NCBI GenBank assembly: GCA_964568535.1
Contig: CAZMPQ010000001.1
Coordinates: 6,183 to 70,182 of the forward strand
DNA: 64,000 bases
Source: an uncultured Candidatus Saccharibacteria bacterium
GTDB taxonomy: Bacteria > Patescibacteriota > Minisyncoccia > UBA6257 > 2-01-FULL-56-20
Direction: 5' to 3'
Part shown: positions 27,152 to 34,956 of the stretch, one piece after another
Numbering within the stretch: position 1 is the first letter of the stretch
Layout: the number at the start of each line of letters is the position of its first letter
Program-made: the position numbers and the translations under genes
Notes under the pieces: model-generated
The model's input: only the letters and a program-made list of their open reading frames with translations
The model's database searches: none
Told to the model about the DNA's origin: nothing

Positions 27152-30100
27152 TTATTGCCATTGAATGATGTTTTTCAATCGGTGCGGATCGAAAATAGGG
27201 TGCAGAGCGGGGGTCCAAAGCAATCGAAAATCGCTTATGTCTTGGGCACTTAGATTGGTCTGCGACGATCCTATCTGGCACGTCTGGTCCATTAAGTTGC
27301 CTTCCGGACTATGCGCCAATCCCAAAGCATGCCCGAGCTCGTGGGTGGTTACGCACTGCTTATTCATCTCGACGCCCATTCGCGCGGTATTGAAGTAAAT
27401 GTGAGCGATGCTAGTTGAAGACGGGATATAAAACCATGCCCAACCTCGAGGAACATAAAGCCCGGCCCAATCCAGTGTAGAACTCGTAATATCTGCCGCG
27501 GCCACATCCCACTGCGAGTTCGGGTACGAACTTGCCTTCTCTAAGTTAATATAACCTACGGTTGTATCATTCCAAGTATCAATGCCATCCTCCAATTGCG
27601 TCTGATATTGAGTAGAACTGCCCACCCGCATCACGTATGTTGATGTATTAGTGTAAACAGCTAACGGCGACCAAGTGTTAACATTAGGATGAGACAAATA
27701 CGCGGTGTAGTAATTGTCCGCGTCTATGTAATCGGATATTTTCGCTCCAGTCCCACTAGTATTCTGCGTAGCGTGCCACGGTCCAGCATTTTCCGTCGAG
27801 GTGTTCTTTTCGCTTGAGCCATCATAAGTATCGTCGAGCGGATACCATCCACCCCAGAAGTTCCATTTCATTGTGGAGGTCGGGCTGCCGGTTTTCCAAG
27901 CACTGCTTGTCGCGTTGTTATATATCGTGCTCGATGCCACCGTCACCGTCCCACCGGTAATATACAGACCGTAATCGTTGTCATGTATCGCTGATTCCGT
28001 TACCGTCGTTGCCCCTCCTGTGCTGTATATGCCGTAGTCCGAGGAGTAGGAGATATCGGTATATCGGGCGTTCAGCGTGCCTCCAGTCACGTAGATGGTA
28101 CTACTTGCAGTGCTTCCACCATAGCGGACAACGCTTCCTGCGATGGTAGTACTCGCCCCCGAGTTGATTTGGATATGCCCCCAATCCCCTGCCACCGGCG
28201 CTGTCGCTCCTCCGTCTCCATTCGTATCCCCACCCACACTGTCATCCTTGTATGACGTGAAATATACGAGCGTGGAGCTCAGTGCTCCTCCCTGCACATC
28301 AAGCTCTCCGTTCACGATGAGGGAGGTAGAGGGTTTGAACTTGATGATGGTGCCGGGTTCAATGGTGATAGTCTTGCCTGCATTGATGGTGACGGTTGAG
28401 GAGACGATATATGGGCCTTCGGCTTTGGACCAGGTGGTGCTGGTTGCGATGGTACCGGAGAGGAGGCCTCCGCAGCCGGAGGATTGGGCGCAGACGCGCC
28501 TGCCCTGACTACTGTTCCAGAGCTTCGTCACTTCGCCTGCGGTCAATGCGCGGTTCAGGACCACCACCTCGTCAATCATAGCAGAGATCTTTCCGTAACC
28601 GCCGCCTGAGGGGTAGCCGCCGTGGGCGCCGATGCCGGTGCCGGTGTCTACCGCCGAGGTGCCGTTCCCGGAGCCAGCGGCTGCCTCGGCCTTGAGGTCG
28701 TTCTGCACATAGAGGCGGAGGCTCGTGCCGTCGAAGGTGCAGGCGACGTGGTACCAGGTGGAAGTTGCGAGGCCGTTCCCGCCATTCGTCCAGGAGGCGG
28801 TCTCGTTCGCGGCGCCCCAGCGATTCCGTTGGCAATAAAGTGTCCTCGTGCTCCCGCCGGTATATTCAATGCCGTAGGCAACATCAGTGCCGCTGTCCAC
28901 GACGGAGACGATTTCCTGGTCTCCGGAGGCGATGCTGGCGAACTTGACCCAGGCCGCGAGAGACATGGCGCCCCCGGAGATACCGAGATTCTCCGACGCG
29001 TAAAGATACTTCGTCGTGTTGTCCGTCCCGAAGTCCGCGGCAGTGCCGAGCACGCCGGTTCCCGTTGCGGCGGGGCCGTAGTTCGTCAGGGTGTAGTGAT
29101 TGCCGCTCGCGTCGGCGGCGAAGTGATGGTCAGTATGGTAGAGCGCTCGGATCGCGCCGTCGGTGATCTGGAGATACGGCGATGGGTCCGTTTCCACCGT
29201 GAAATCAAATACATCCGCCGTCCCGAATTGCGTCCAGGAGGATGTGGCGAAAGTCACAGTGTCCTGCGCCCGCGCGCGCCAGTACCAGGACCCGGGCGTG
29301 ATAGAGGAAACGGTCGTTGACGCCTGTGCGCCAGGCGCGACTGGGGAGCTTGTCTGCGTCATTGGGCCGGCGAACGAGGTGCTCGTTGCGAGCTCCACCT
29401 GGACTATGAGCTGGTTCGTGGATGAGGAGTTCGGGATAGCCTTGAGCACGACGCTCGTCTCCGCCGTCGTTGCTCCTTCGGCGAGCGAGGTCGTACCGTT
29501 AGACTTGAACTGGAGGAGATCGCCGATGCTCGGCGGCGTGGACGACGTGCAGCCTACCGTAACGCAAATCGTATCCCCCGAACCGCTGTTCCAGAGCGCA
29601 TTGCGAGTAGAGGTGGAGATGCGGGTGTTCATGAAAAAGAGCTCATCGATATGGAAGTCACCGAGTGCAGCCGCGTTGCATACGGGATTCACGTTCGCCG
29701 AGCGGCCGTTCACGCAGATATCCGTCGTGAAGTTCGTCGTGTCACTGTCGCTCCCCGAGGTCACGATGGTGTTGTTCACATACCACTCTACCGAGCTTCC
29801 CGTACGGGTCAGGAGATGCCACTGCCAAGCGCCGACTGGCGGGCTGGAGGTGGTGTATTGCATCTCGCAGGGCGGCGTACCGTCCACGAACTCCAGGACG
29901 CCTGCGGCACAGGCCTGCGCACGGCTTATCTGTTCGATGCTGTCAGCTCCCGCACTACGGCGGCTGATCACGGCATCATCGTCCAGGGTCGCTTGTGCAT
30001 TAATCCAGAAACCGATGCTGAAATCACTGGAGAGGTCCATAGCGCTGGACGAGGCTCGGAACCAGCCGGTTCCCTGAGTGTCGCCGGCGTTGCCGAACCA

Positions 30101-30328
30101 ACCGGTCACGTAGGCGGTGCCGCTTGCGGTGAGGTTCCTACCGTTTCCTGAGGAATCGCTTGCATCCTCAAAGTGGTAGAGGGCGGTGACGGAGCTTGAG
30201 GGGATGTATACAGTGGCGGAGGCGGGGTGGGGGAAGAAAAACGCCGCCAAGATGGCGACGGTAGGGACGGCGAGGACAGCGGCGGACGTTATTCCACCGA
30301 ACGGAACGACCCTGGCGTTCCTGAACAT
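27152..30328 (-). CDS. very large secreted surface protein: signal peptide, two LamG_3 (concanavalin A-like) domains, an Ig/FN3-like region, a parallel beta-helix and a C-terminal metzincin (M10-like) catalytic domain
   Basis: Starts MFRNARVVP followed by a hydrophobic helix. The LamG_3 domain ends are ALYHFEDASDSSGNG...IDELFFMNTRISTSTRNALWNSG and ALYHTDHHFAADASGNH...IDEVVVLNRALTAGEVTKLWNSS. The beta-helix repeats include TGGATTVTESAIHDNDYGLYITGG. The zinc motif is THELGHALGLAHS, and the conserved C-terminus is FDPHRLKNIIQWQ. Confidence 0.75.
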   Translation of the reverse strand: MFRNARVVPFGGITSAAVLAVPTVAILAAFFFPHPASATVYIPSSSVTALYHFEDASDSSGNGRNLTASGTAYVTGWFGNAGDTQGTGWFRASSSAMDLSSDFSIGFWINAQATLDDDAVISRRSAGADSIEQISRAQACAAGVLEFVDGTPPCEMQYTTSSPPVGAWQWHLLTRTGSSVEWYVNNTIVTSGSDSDTTNFTTDICVNGRSANVNPVCNAAALGDFHIDELFFMNTRISTSTRNALWNSGSGDTICVTVGCTSSTPPSIGDLLQFKSNGTTSLAEGATTAETSVVLKAIPNSSSTNQLIVQVELATSTSFAGPMTQTSSPVAPGAQASTTVSSITPGSWYWRARAQDTVTFATSSWTQFGTADVFDFTVETDPSPYLQITDGAIRALYHTDHHFAADASGNHYTLTNYGPAATGTGVLGTAADFGTDNTTKYLYASENLGISGGAMSLAAWVKFASIASGDQEIVSVVDSGTDVAYGIEYTGGSTRTLYCQRNRWGAANETASWTNGGNGLATSTWYHVACTFDGTSLRLYVQNDLKAEAAAGSGNGTSAVDTGTGIGAHGGYPSGGGYGKISAMIDEVVVLNRALTAGEVTKLWNSSQGRRVCAQSSGCGGLLSGTIATSTTWSKAEGPYIVSSTVTINAGKTITIEPGTIIKFKPSTSLIVNGELDVQGGALSSTLVYFTSYKDDSVGGDTNGDGGATAPVAGDWGHIQINSGASTTIAGSVVRYGGSTASSTIYVTGGTLNARYTDISYSSDYGIYSTGGATTVTESAIHDNDYGLYITGGTVTVASSTIYNNATSSAWKTGSPTSTMKWNFWGGWYPLDDTYDGSSEKNTSTENAGPWHATQNTSGTGAKISDYIDADNYYTAYLSHPNVNTWSPLAVYTNTSTYVMRVGSSTQYQTQLEDGIDTWNDTTVGYINLEKASSYPNSQWDVAAADITSSTLDWAGLYVPRGWAWFYIPSSTSIAHIYFNTARMGVEMNKQCVTTHELGHALGLAHSPEGNLMDQTCQIGSSQTNLSAQDISDFRLLWTPALHPIFDPHRLKNIIQWQ

Positions 30329-30349
30329 GATTCGATTGTATCTCCAAAG

Positions 30350-30358
30350 CCCCCCCCC
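30350..30358. repeat. homopolymeric tract, C9 on the plus strand (G9 on the coding strand), 21 nt upstream of the ATG of the 1058-aa gene
   Basis: Read directly. On the coding strand the context is CTTGCCTCGGGGGGGGGCTTTGGAGATACAATCGAATCATG, i.e. TTGCCT, then 19 nt including G9, then TACAAT, then 6 nt, then ATG. Confidence 0.8.
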
Positions 30359-30380
30359 GAGGCAAGGAGGTTATGCACAG

Positions 30381-31655
30381 CTACTCGCCGATCACTTTGA
30401 ATTCCGGTAACGGCACAATGAACTTGCCGCCGCGGGCGAAGAATTCCTTCTCACGCTCTCTGAACTCCGGCAGAAAGTGCCACGGCAGGATGAGGAAGTA
30501 GTGCGGCGCGTCCGCGCGGGCCTGCTCTTCGGAAATGATGGGTACGCGGCTCCCAACGGTCTTCTTTCCCCACTTCTGCGGATTTCGCTCTGCGGCGAAC
30601 GGGATGTGTCCATGATCAAGCCCGTAATACTGGAGGAGTGTGTTCCCCTTTGTTGATGCGCCATATACATATACTTTCTCGCCGCGCTTTTTCGCATCTT
30701 TGATGAATTGCACCGTCTTTGCCTTCATCTCCTCAACGCGCTTTGCGAATGCGTCGTAGGCCTTCCGTTCTGAAAGCTCAAGTTTTTTCTCTTCCGCATG
30801 CAACGCTGCGATGCGCTCTTTCGCGCCTTCGGGAATATGGAGGTGCTTGCCTCCGCCTTCGTGCTTTATATACACGCGGAAGCTGCCGCCGTTCACATCG
30901 TTCAGCTCCACATCGCAAACCTCAAGCTTGTGGCGCTTCAAGAGGTGTTCCAGCGAGCGGAGTGAGTAATATTCCAGGTGTTCATGGCAGATGTTATCGA
31001 ACGCGTTCTGCGACAGCATGAGCGGCAGATAACTCATCTGGATGATGAAGATGCCATCCTCGTGCAGAAGTTTCGCCACATCGCGGACGAACGCATTCGG
31101 GTCCTCCAGGTCGTAGAACATCGCGATAGCCGTCACGATCTTCGCCTTCTTGCCCGGAAGCTCCTTGTGCCACGCGTCGTAGTTGAAGAAGTCATTGATG
31201 ACCTTGTCTGCGCTCAACTTCGTTACCGGAACGAGATTTCGCGCCGGTTCAAAGCCGACCTTCACGACCGGGTCTGTGGCGTATCCACGAAGGAGCGTCC
31301 CGTCGTTCGCGCCGATATCCAATACGTGGTCTCCCGCCTCAAGCGTCGCGAATTTTTTCGCCGAGCGTACGATGTCGTGCAGGGCGTTCGTCATCGTCTG
31401 ATTCGTACCCGACACATACCAATAGTTCCGGTACATGACCTCGTTCGGCACCGTGTGCCGGAGCTGAAGCAGTCCGCACCCGCCCTGCTTCTCGTCACAG
31501 AGAGCAAGGGTCAGCGGATATGGCTCAAGCTCTTCATGCTCCTTATCGTCCACGAACGCGGACACGTAGAGATCCCCGAGAGAGAGTATCTCTTCAAGGT
31601 TTGCACTGCCGCAGACGCGGCAGGCGGATATTTCTTTGACGCCGTTCGTGCTCAT
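30381..31655 (-). CDS. sugar C-methyltransferase (TylC3/TcaB9-like: N-terminal Zn-ribbon, class I SAM-dependent methyltransferase domain, C-terminal C-methyltransferase domain)
   Basis: Carries ACRVCGSANLEEILSLGDL, then VLDIGANDGTLL, then a C-terminal domain of about 150 aa. Confidence 0.65.
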   Translation of the reverse strand: MSTNGVKEISACRVCGSANLEEILSLGDLYVSAFVDDKEHEELEPYPLTLALCDEKQGGCGLLQLRHTVPNEVMYRNYWYVSGTNQTMTNALHDIVRSAKKFATLEAGDHVLDIGANDGTLLRGYATDPVVKVGFEPARNLVPVTKLSADKVINDFFNYDAWHKELPGKKAKIVTAIAMFYDLEDPNAFVRDVAKLLHEDGIFIIQMSYLPLMLSQNAFDNICHEHLEYYSLRSLEHLLKRHKLEVCDVELNDVNGGSFRVYIKHEGGGKHLHIPEGAKERIAALHAEEKKLELSERKAYDAFAKRVEEMKAKTVQFIKDAKKRGEKVYVYGASTKGNTLLQYYGLDHGHIPFAAERNPQKWGKKTVGSRVPIISEEQARADAPHYFLILPWHFLPEFREREKEFFARGGKFIVPLPEFKVIGE

Positions 31656-31667
31656 GGAATGCCAGGC

Positions 31668-32729
31668 TTAGCCCGCAATATCGCGGACGAGCGCTCGTAT
31701 ATCCCTCATCGTAGAACGGTCGCGCAGAAACCGCAAGATATTTTCTCGGTACCGGGCCATATCCGCCTCCGTGCGCGACGCAAGAAAGCGGTGCACGTCC
31801 GCGTCGCTGCTGAACGTTCGCCGGTCGATAAAGCAATCTTCTGGCACGATCGTCGCGATGTCCGGCGCGCCCAGATAGACCGGGACGCATCCTGCCGCAA
31901 GACAGTCAAAGATCTTTTCGCTCACATATCCCGGGTACGCGGAGTTCTCATAGCAGATGGCAAATCTATATGTACTCATGAGCGGCATTTTATATTCCAC
32001 TCCTCCCCGCCACGCGCGCGCAACGTACGTGCCGTAGTGCATATAGAATGGGTGGCGGGGAGCGTGCTCCCAGCCGTGACCGTAGAGGTCAAACCCCGAA
32101 ACCCCGCTCCAATAACGGATAGCGCGAAGCCGCTCGCCATAGAGCTCATGCCGCAACGAGTGCGGACGCACGTTCCCGTTCACCAGCACCACAAACTTAT
32201 CTTTTCTATCTCCGAAATAGGGGCTCACGATATCGCGGTTGCGATAGAAGAACGGGTTGTAATATATGATGTCGTCTCCCCATCCTCGTCCCATCACCAT
32301 CATTGCGTGATACGTACCCGACCGGCGTATCGCACCCAGACGGTCGTATACATACGGCATCACGAGCGGCGACTCGCCCTGCACAAGCACGCGCCGTTTG
32401 AAAAACTTGAAGTTGTCAGCGAGGAACTTCTGCCGGGCACGCAAGAACCCCCCGCCGGAGCGGGCGTGTTTTACGGCATAGAACACGCGCCAGATGAGCG
32501 TCTCGCCTGGATGGTTCTGCACGAGCAGCACATCGTCCGGCCCTGCCATTTCGCGCGACCAGGCGTCCGTGGTATGCACTTCTATTCCAAGCTTTCGCGC
32601 TTCATCGGGAAATCCCTCGCCGAAGAACGGGATGTCCCACATGCCGCCCTCATAAATGCGTTTTGGGTTGCCGAACACCTGACCGCGAAGGCCTTGTTCG
32701 CTCGTCGGCAGTACGAATATGCGCTTCAT
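31668..32729 (-). CDS. GT10-like (alpha-1,3-fucosyltransferase family) glycosyltransferase
   Basis: Carries FAICYENSAYPGYVSEKIFDCLAAGCVPVYLGAP, which matches the GT10 FxxxFENSxxxxYxTEK and C-terminal motifs. Confidence 0.5.
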   Translation of the reverse strand: MKRIFVLPTSEQGLRGQVFGNPKRIYEGGMWDIPFFGEGFPDEARKLGIEVHTTDAWSREMAGPDDVLLVQNHPGETLIWRVFYAVKHARSGGGFLRARQKFLADNFKFFKRRVLVQGESPLVMPYVYDRLGAIRRSGTYHAMMVMGRGWGDDIIYYNPFFYRNRDIVSPYFGDRKDKFVVLVNGNVRPHSLRHELYGERLRAIRYWSGVSGFDLYGHGWEHAPRHPFYMHYGTYVARAWRGGVEYKMPLMSTYRFAICYENSAYPGYVSEKIFDCLAAGCVPVYLGAPDIATIVPEDCFIDRRTFSSDADVHRFLASRTEADMARYRENILRFLRDRSTMRDIRALVRDIAG

Positions 32730-34123
32730 TTCCTCTCCAAAAGATACAACGTGCGTTTCGTGCCCGGAATGGCGTACCGCTCACGCACGAGGAACCGCTC
32801 GGCGAACGCCTGTTCAAACCGCTCCGCCGTGTAGTCCATGAAAATGTCGGCACGGTTCCGCAGGAGCCGCTCCGCTTGCGAGTCGTCCTTCGGCACGAAT
32901 TCAATGACGAGCGTCCGGCAGATGCCCGCGAAGAACTCCGCCATCATCGCGAACGGGACGTTATTCGTGATGGCGAGATGATGCACGAGCGCGAGGGCAA
33001 GCGCCATATCCGCCGGGCCGCGCTCCGCGAGCGACATGCGCTCCGCATTCGCCCACCCAAGCGCCGGGCTAGGGTTCGTGAGGTCCAAGACGAGCGGGAG
33101 GAGCCGTTCTTCTTTTTTCTCTTTCACCGTACGGTATCCGTGCTCCACCGCCGCCGGGTCAATATCAAATGCGACGGTCGGAATGCCGGCATCGCTCGCC
33201 ACGCGGCTGTACGTTCCGTCGTTTGCGCCAAGGTCCCATACTGTTCTCGGTTTCACCGTCGCGACGAACCGCGCAACGGCGCGCGCTTTTTCGTCTGCCG
33301 CAGATGCGGAATAGTTCGTATTGCCGTAATACTCGCCCCATTCGGTGCCTGTGGACTTCCACCGCAGCGAGCGCACGCCGGAGGCGAGATTCGCGACGAG
33401 GTCGTCCATCGCAGAGCGCGGGAACGAGCTTTTTCCTGCGCGCACCGTACGTTCGGCATTGCGACGCTGGCTCCGCGCGTGCATGTGGATATGAAAGAAC
33501 GTTCCTGCACTCAACCAACTTCGCCACGGCAAAAGCTTGCTCGCAAGATCCAGCGGAATGCCGTGCACCGACACGCGGAGCAACTGCCCCAGCCGGACTT
33601 CGGCGAAGCTCATGAGCGCAAGTGGTGCGAGGAAGTGTTCGCAGAACTGCTTGTATGCGACCCACGGCATGCCTTCCGCGTACGGCTCAAACGAAAGCGT
33701 ATCTATCAGGATGGGTTTTCCGTTGCGGAACTGAACATTGTATGCCGAAGCATCCTTCAGCGTCATGCCGAACTTCAGCGCAAGCTTCTGAACCCTGAGC
33801 GTGAGGAGCGCTGCGTCCTGCAGCTCGCTGAAACACCATTCGTAGGGATACGAGATGAACGGAATGCGCTCGGGTTTCAAGAGCTTATACGCGCCTGCTG
33901 CCGGCGGAACTTCCTCGTGCGGCACGAGATATCCTTTCTTCACCAGTTCATCGTAGAGCCCCGAACTCATGAGGGTGTCGTAGCTTTGTGCGTATGATCC
34001 GTTCACCTGCCGATAGAGCACGTCGTCTTTCGTGAACACAAAGCCGCTCGGATCGCGGAACGACGAGGCAACGCGCGCTTCTCCGCTCGCGTGCCGTACT
34101 GAACCATGCGTGCCGTGTTCCAT
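32726..34123 (-). CDS. class I SAM-dependent methyltransferase with a ~270-aa N-terminal domain of unknown function
   Basis: Carries VWDLGANDGTYSRVASDAGIPTVAFDIDPAAVE. Confidence 0.55.
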   Translation of the reverse strand: MEHGTHGSVRHASGEARVASSFRDPSGFVFTKDDVLYRQVNGSYAQSYDTLMSSGLYDELVKKGYLVPHEEVPPAAGAYKLLKPERIPFISYPYEWCFSELQDAALLTLRVQKLALKFGMTLKDASAYNVQFRNGKPILIDTLSFEPYAEGMPWVAYKQFCEHFLAPLALMSFAEVRLGQLLRVSVHGIPLDLASKLLPWRSWLSAGTFFHIHMHARSQRRNAERTVRAGKSSFPRSAMDDLVANLASGVRSLRWKSTGTEWGEYYGNTNYSASAADEKARAVARFVATVKPRTVWDLGANDGTYSRVASDAGIPTVAFDIDPAAVEHGYRTVKEKKEERLLPLVLDLTNPSPALGWANAERMSLAERGPADMALALALVHHLAITNNVPFAMMAEFFAGICRTLVIEFVPKDDSQAERLLRNRADIFMDYTAERFEQAFAERFLVRERYAIPGTKRTLYLLERK

Positions 34124-34177
34124 TGAACACCACCATCCTAGCCGAGAACCGCGCGTGCGGCAACCGGCGCACGCCGC

Positions 34178-34909
34178 TCACTTCGCGGCGTTCTTCGCGC
34201 GTTTACCCGTGCGGATGCGCTCCTTCCATATCATCACCGACATCATGAACCCAACCTTCGCCGAACGCGGGATATTGCCCGTTCCTTTTGACACGCCGAC
34301 CCGCGGCAAGTAGCGCACCGGCACCTCAACCGAGCGCAAACCATGCTGGATAACGCGAATCATGACCTCGGGAGAAAAGTGCAATCCTTTCACGGTAAGG
34401 TCGTTCTTGATGGCCTCGTATGTATGGCGTTTCAGCAATTTGAACGTGCAGCCAACCTCCGTAAAGGACGGCCCGTCAAAAAGAAAGCTCAGCATCTTCG
34501 CCACCGCCCAGTTGCCCATGCGGACCGGGCGTGGCATGAATGCGCCGGGGCTGATCAATGTGCGCGAGGTTCGCGTGGAGAATACGGCATCAAAATCGTC
34601 GCTGTATGCAAGCAACTTGTGGATGTCGGATGGCGCATAGGTGCCGTCGGAATCCGCGGTCACGATGATGTCTCCTGTCGCCTCGCGCATCCCCCGCTGT
34701 AGCGCAGAACCGTATCCGCGCTCGGGCTCCAACACATACCGCGCTCGCGTGCGTTTGATCTCTGCAGCGGTCGCGTCGGACGACGCGTTATCCACCGCAA
34801 CGACCTCATCCACTTCCGGCTGGGCGAAAAATCCTTCTATGGTATCGCGAATGCACCCTTCCTCATTGTAGGCCGGGAGCACCACGCTCACTTTCTGGTT
34901 CCGATACAT
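34178..34909 (-). CDS. GT2 polyprenyl-phosphate sugar transferase (Dpm1-like)
   Basis: Carries VSVVLPAYNEEGCI...VVAVDNASSDAT...VTADSDGTY. Confidence 0.75.
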   Translation of the reverse strand: MYRNQKVSVVLPAYNEEGCIRDTIEGFFAQPEVDEVVAVDNASSDATAAEIKRTRARYVLEPERGYGSALQRGMREATGDIIVTADSDGTYAPSDIHKLLAYSDDFDAVFSTRTSRTLISPGAFMPRPVRMGNWAVAKMLSFLFDGPSFTEVGCTFKLLKRHTYEAIKNDLTVKGLHFSPEVMIRVIQHGLRSVEVPVRYLPRVGVSKGTGNIPRSAKVGFMMSVMIWKERIRTGKRAKNAAK

Positions 34910-34956
34910 ATATATGGAGATGCGGTCCCATGCCGGGGCCGCGCATGGTCATTGTA

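Noticed and set aside
30978-32834. A 618-aa plus-strand ORF spanning the C-methyltransferase and GT10-like genes
   Set aside because: It is antisense to two well-supported minus-strand genes with clear motifs, and has no recognisable domain of its own.
32663-33997. A 444-aa plus-strand ORF
   Set aside because: It is antisense to the methyltransferase gene at 32726..34123, and its composition (R/H/E-rich) is typical of reverse-strand translation in GC-rich DNA.
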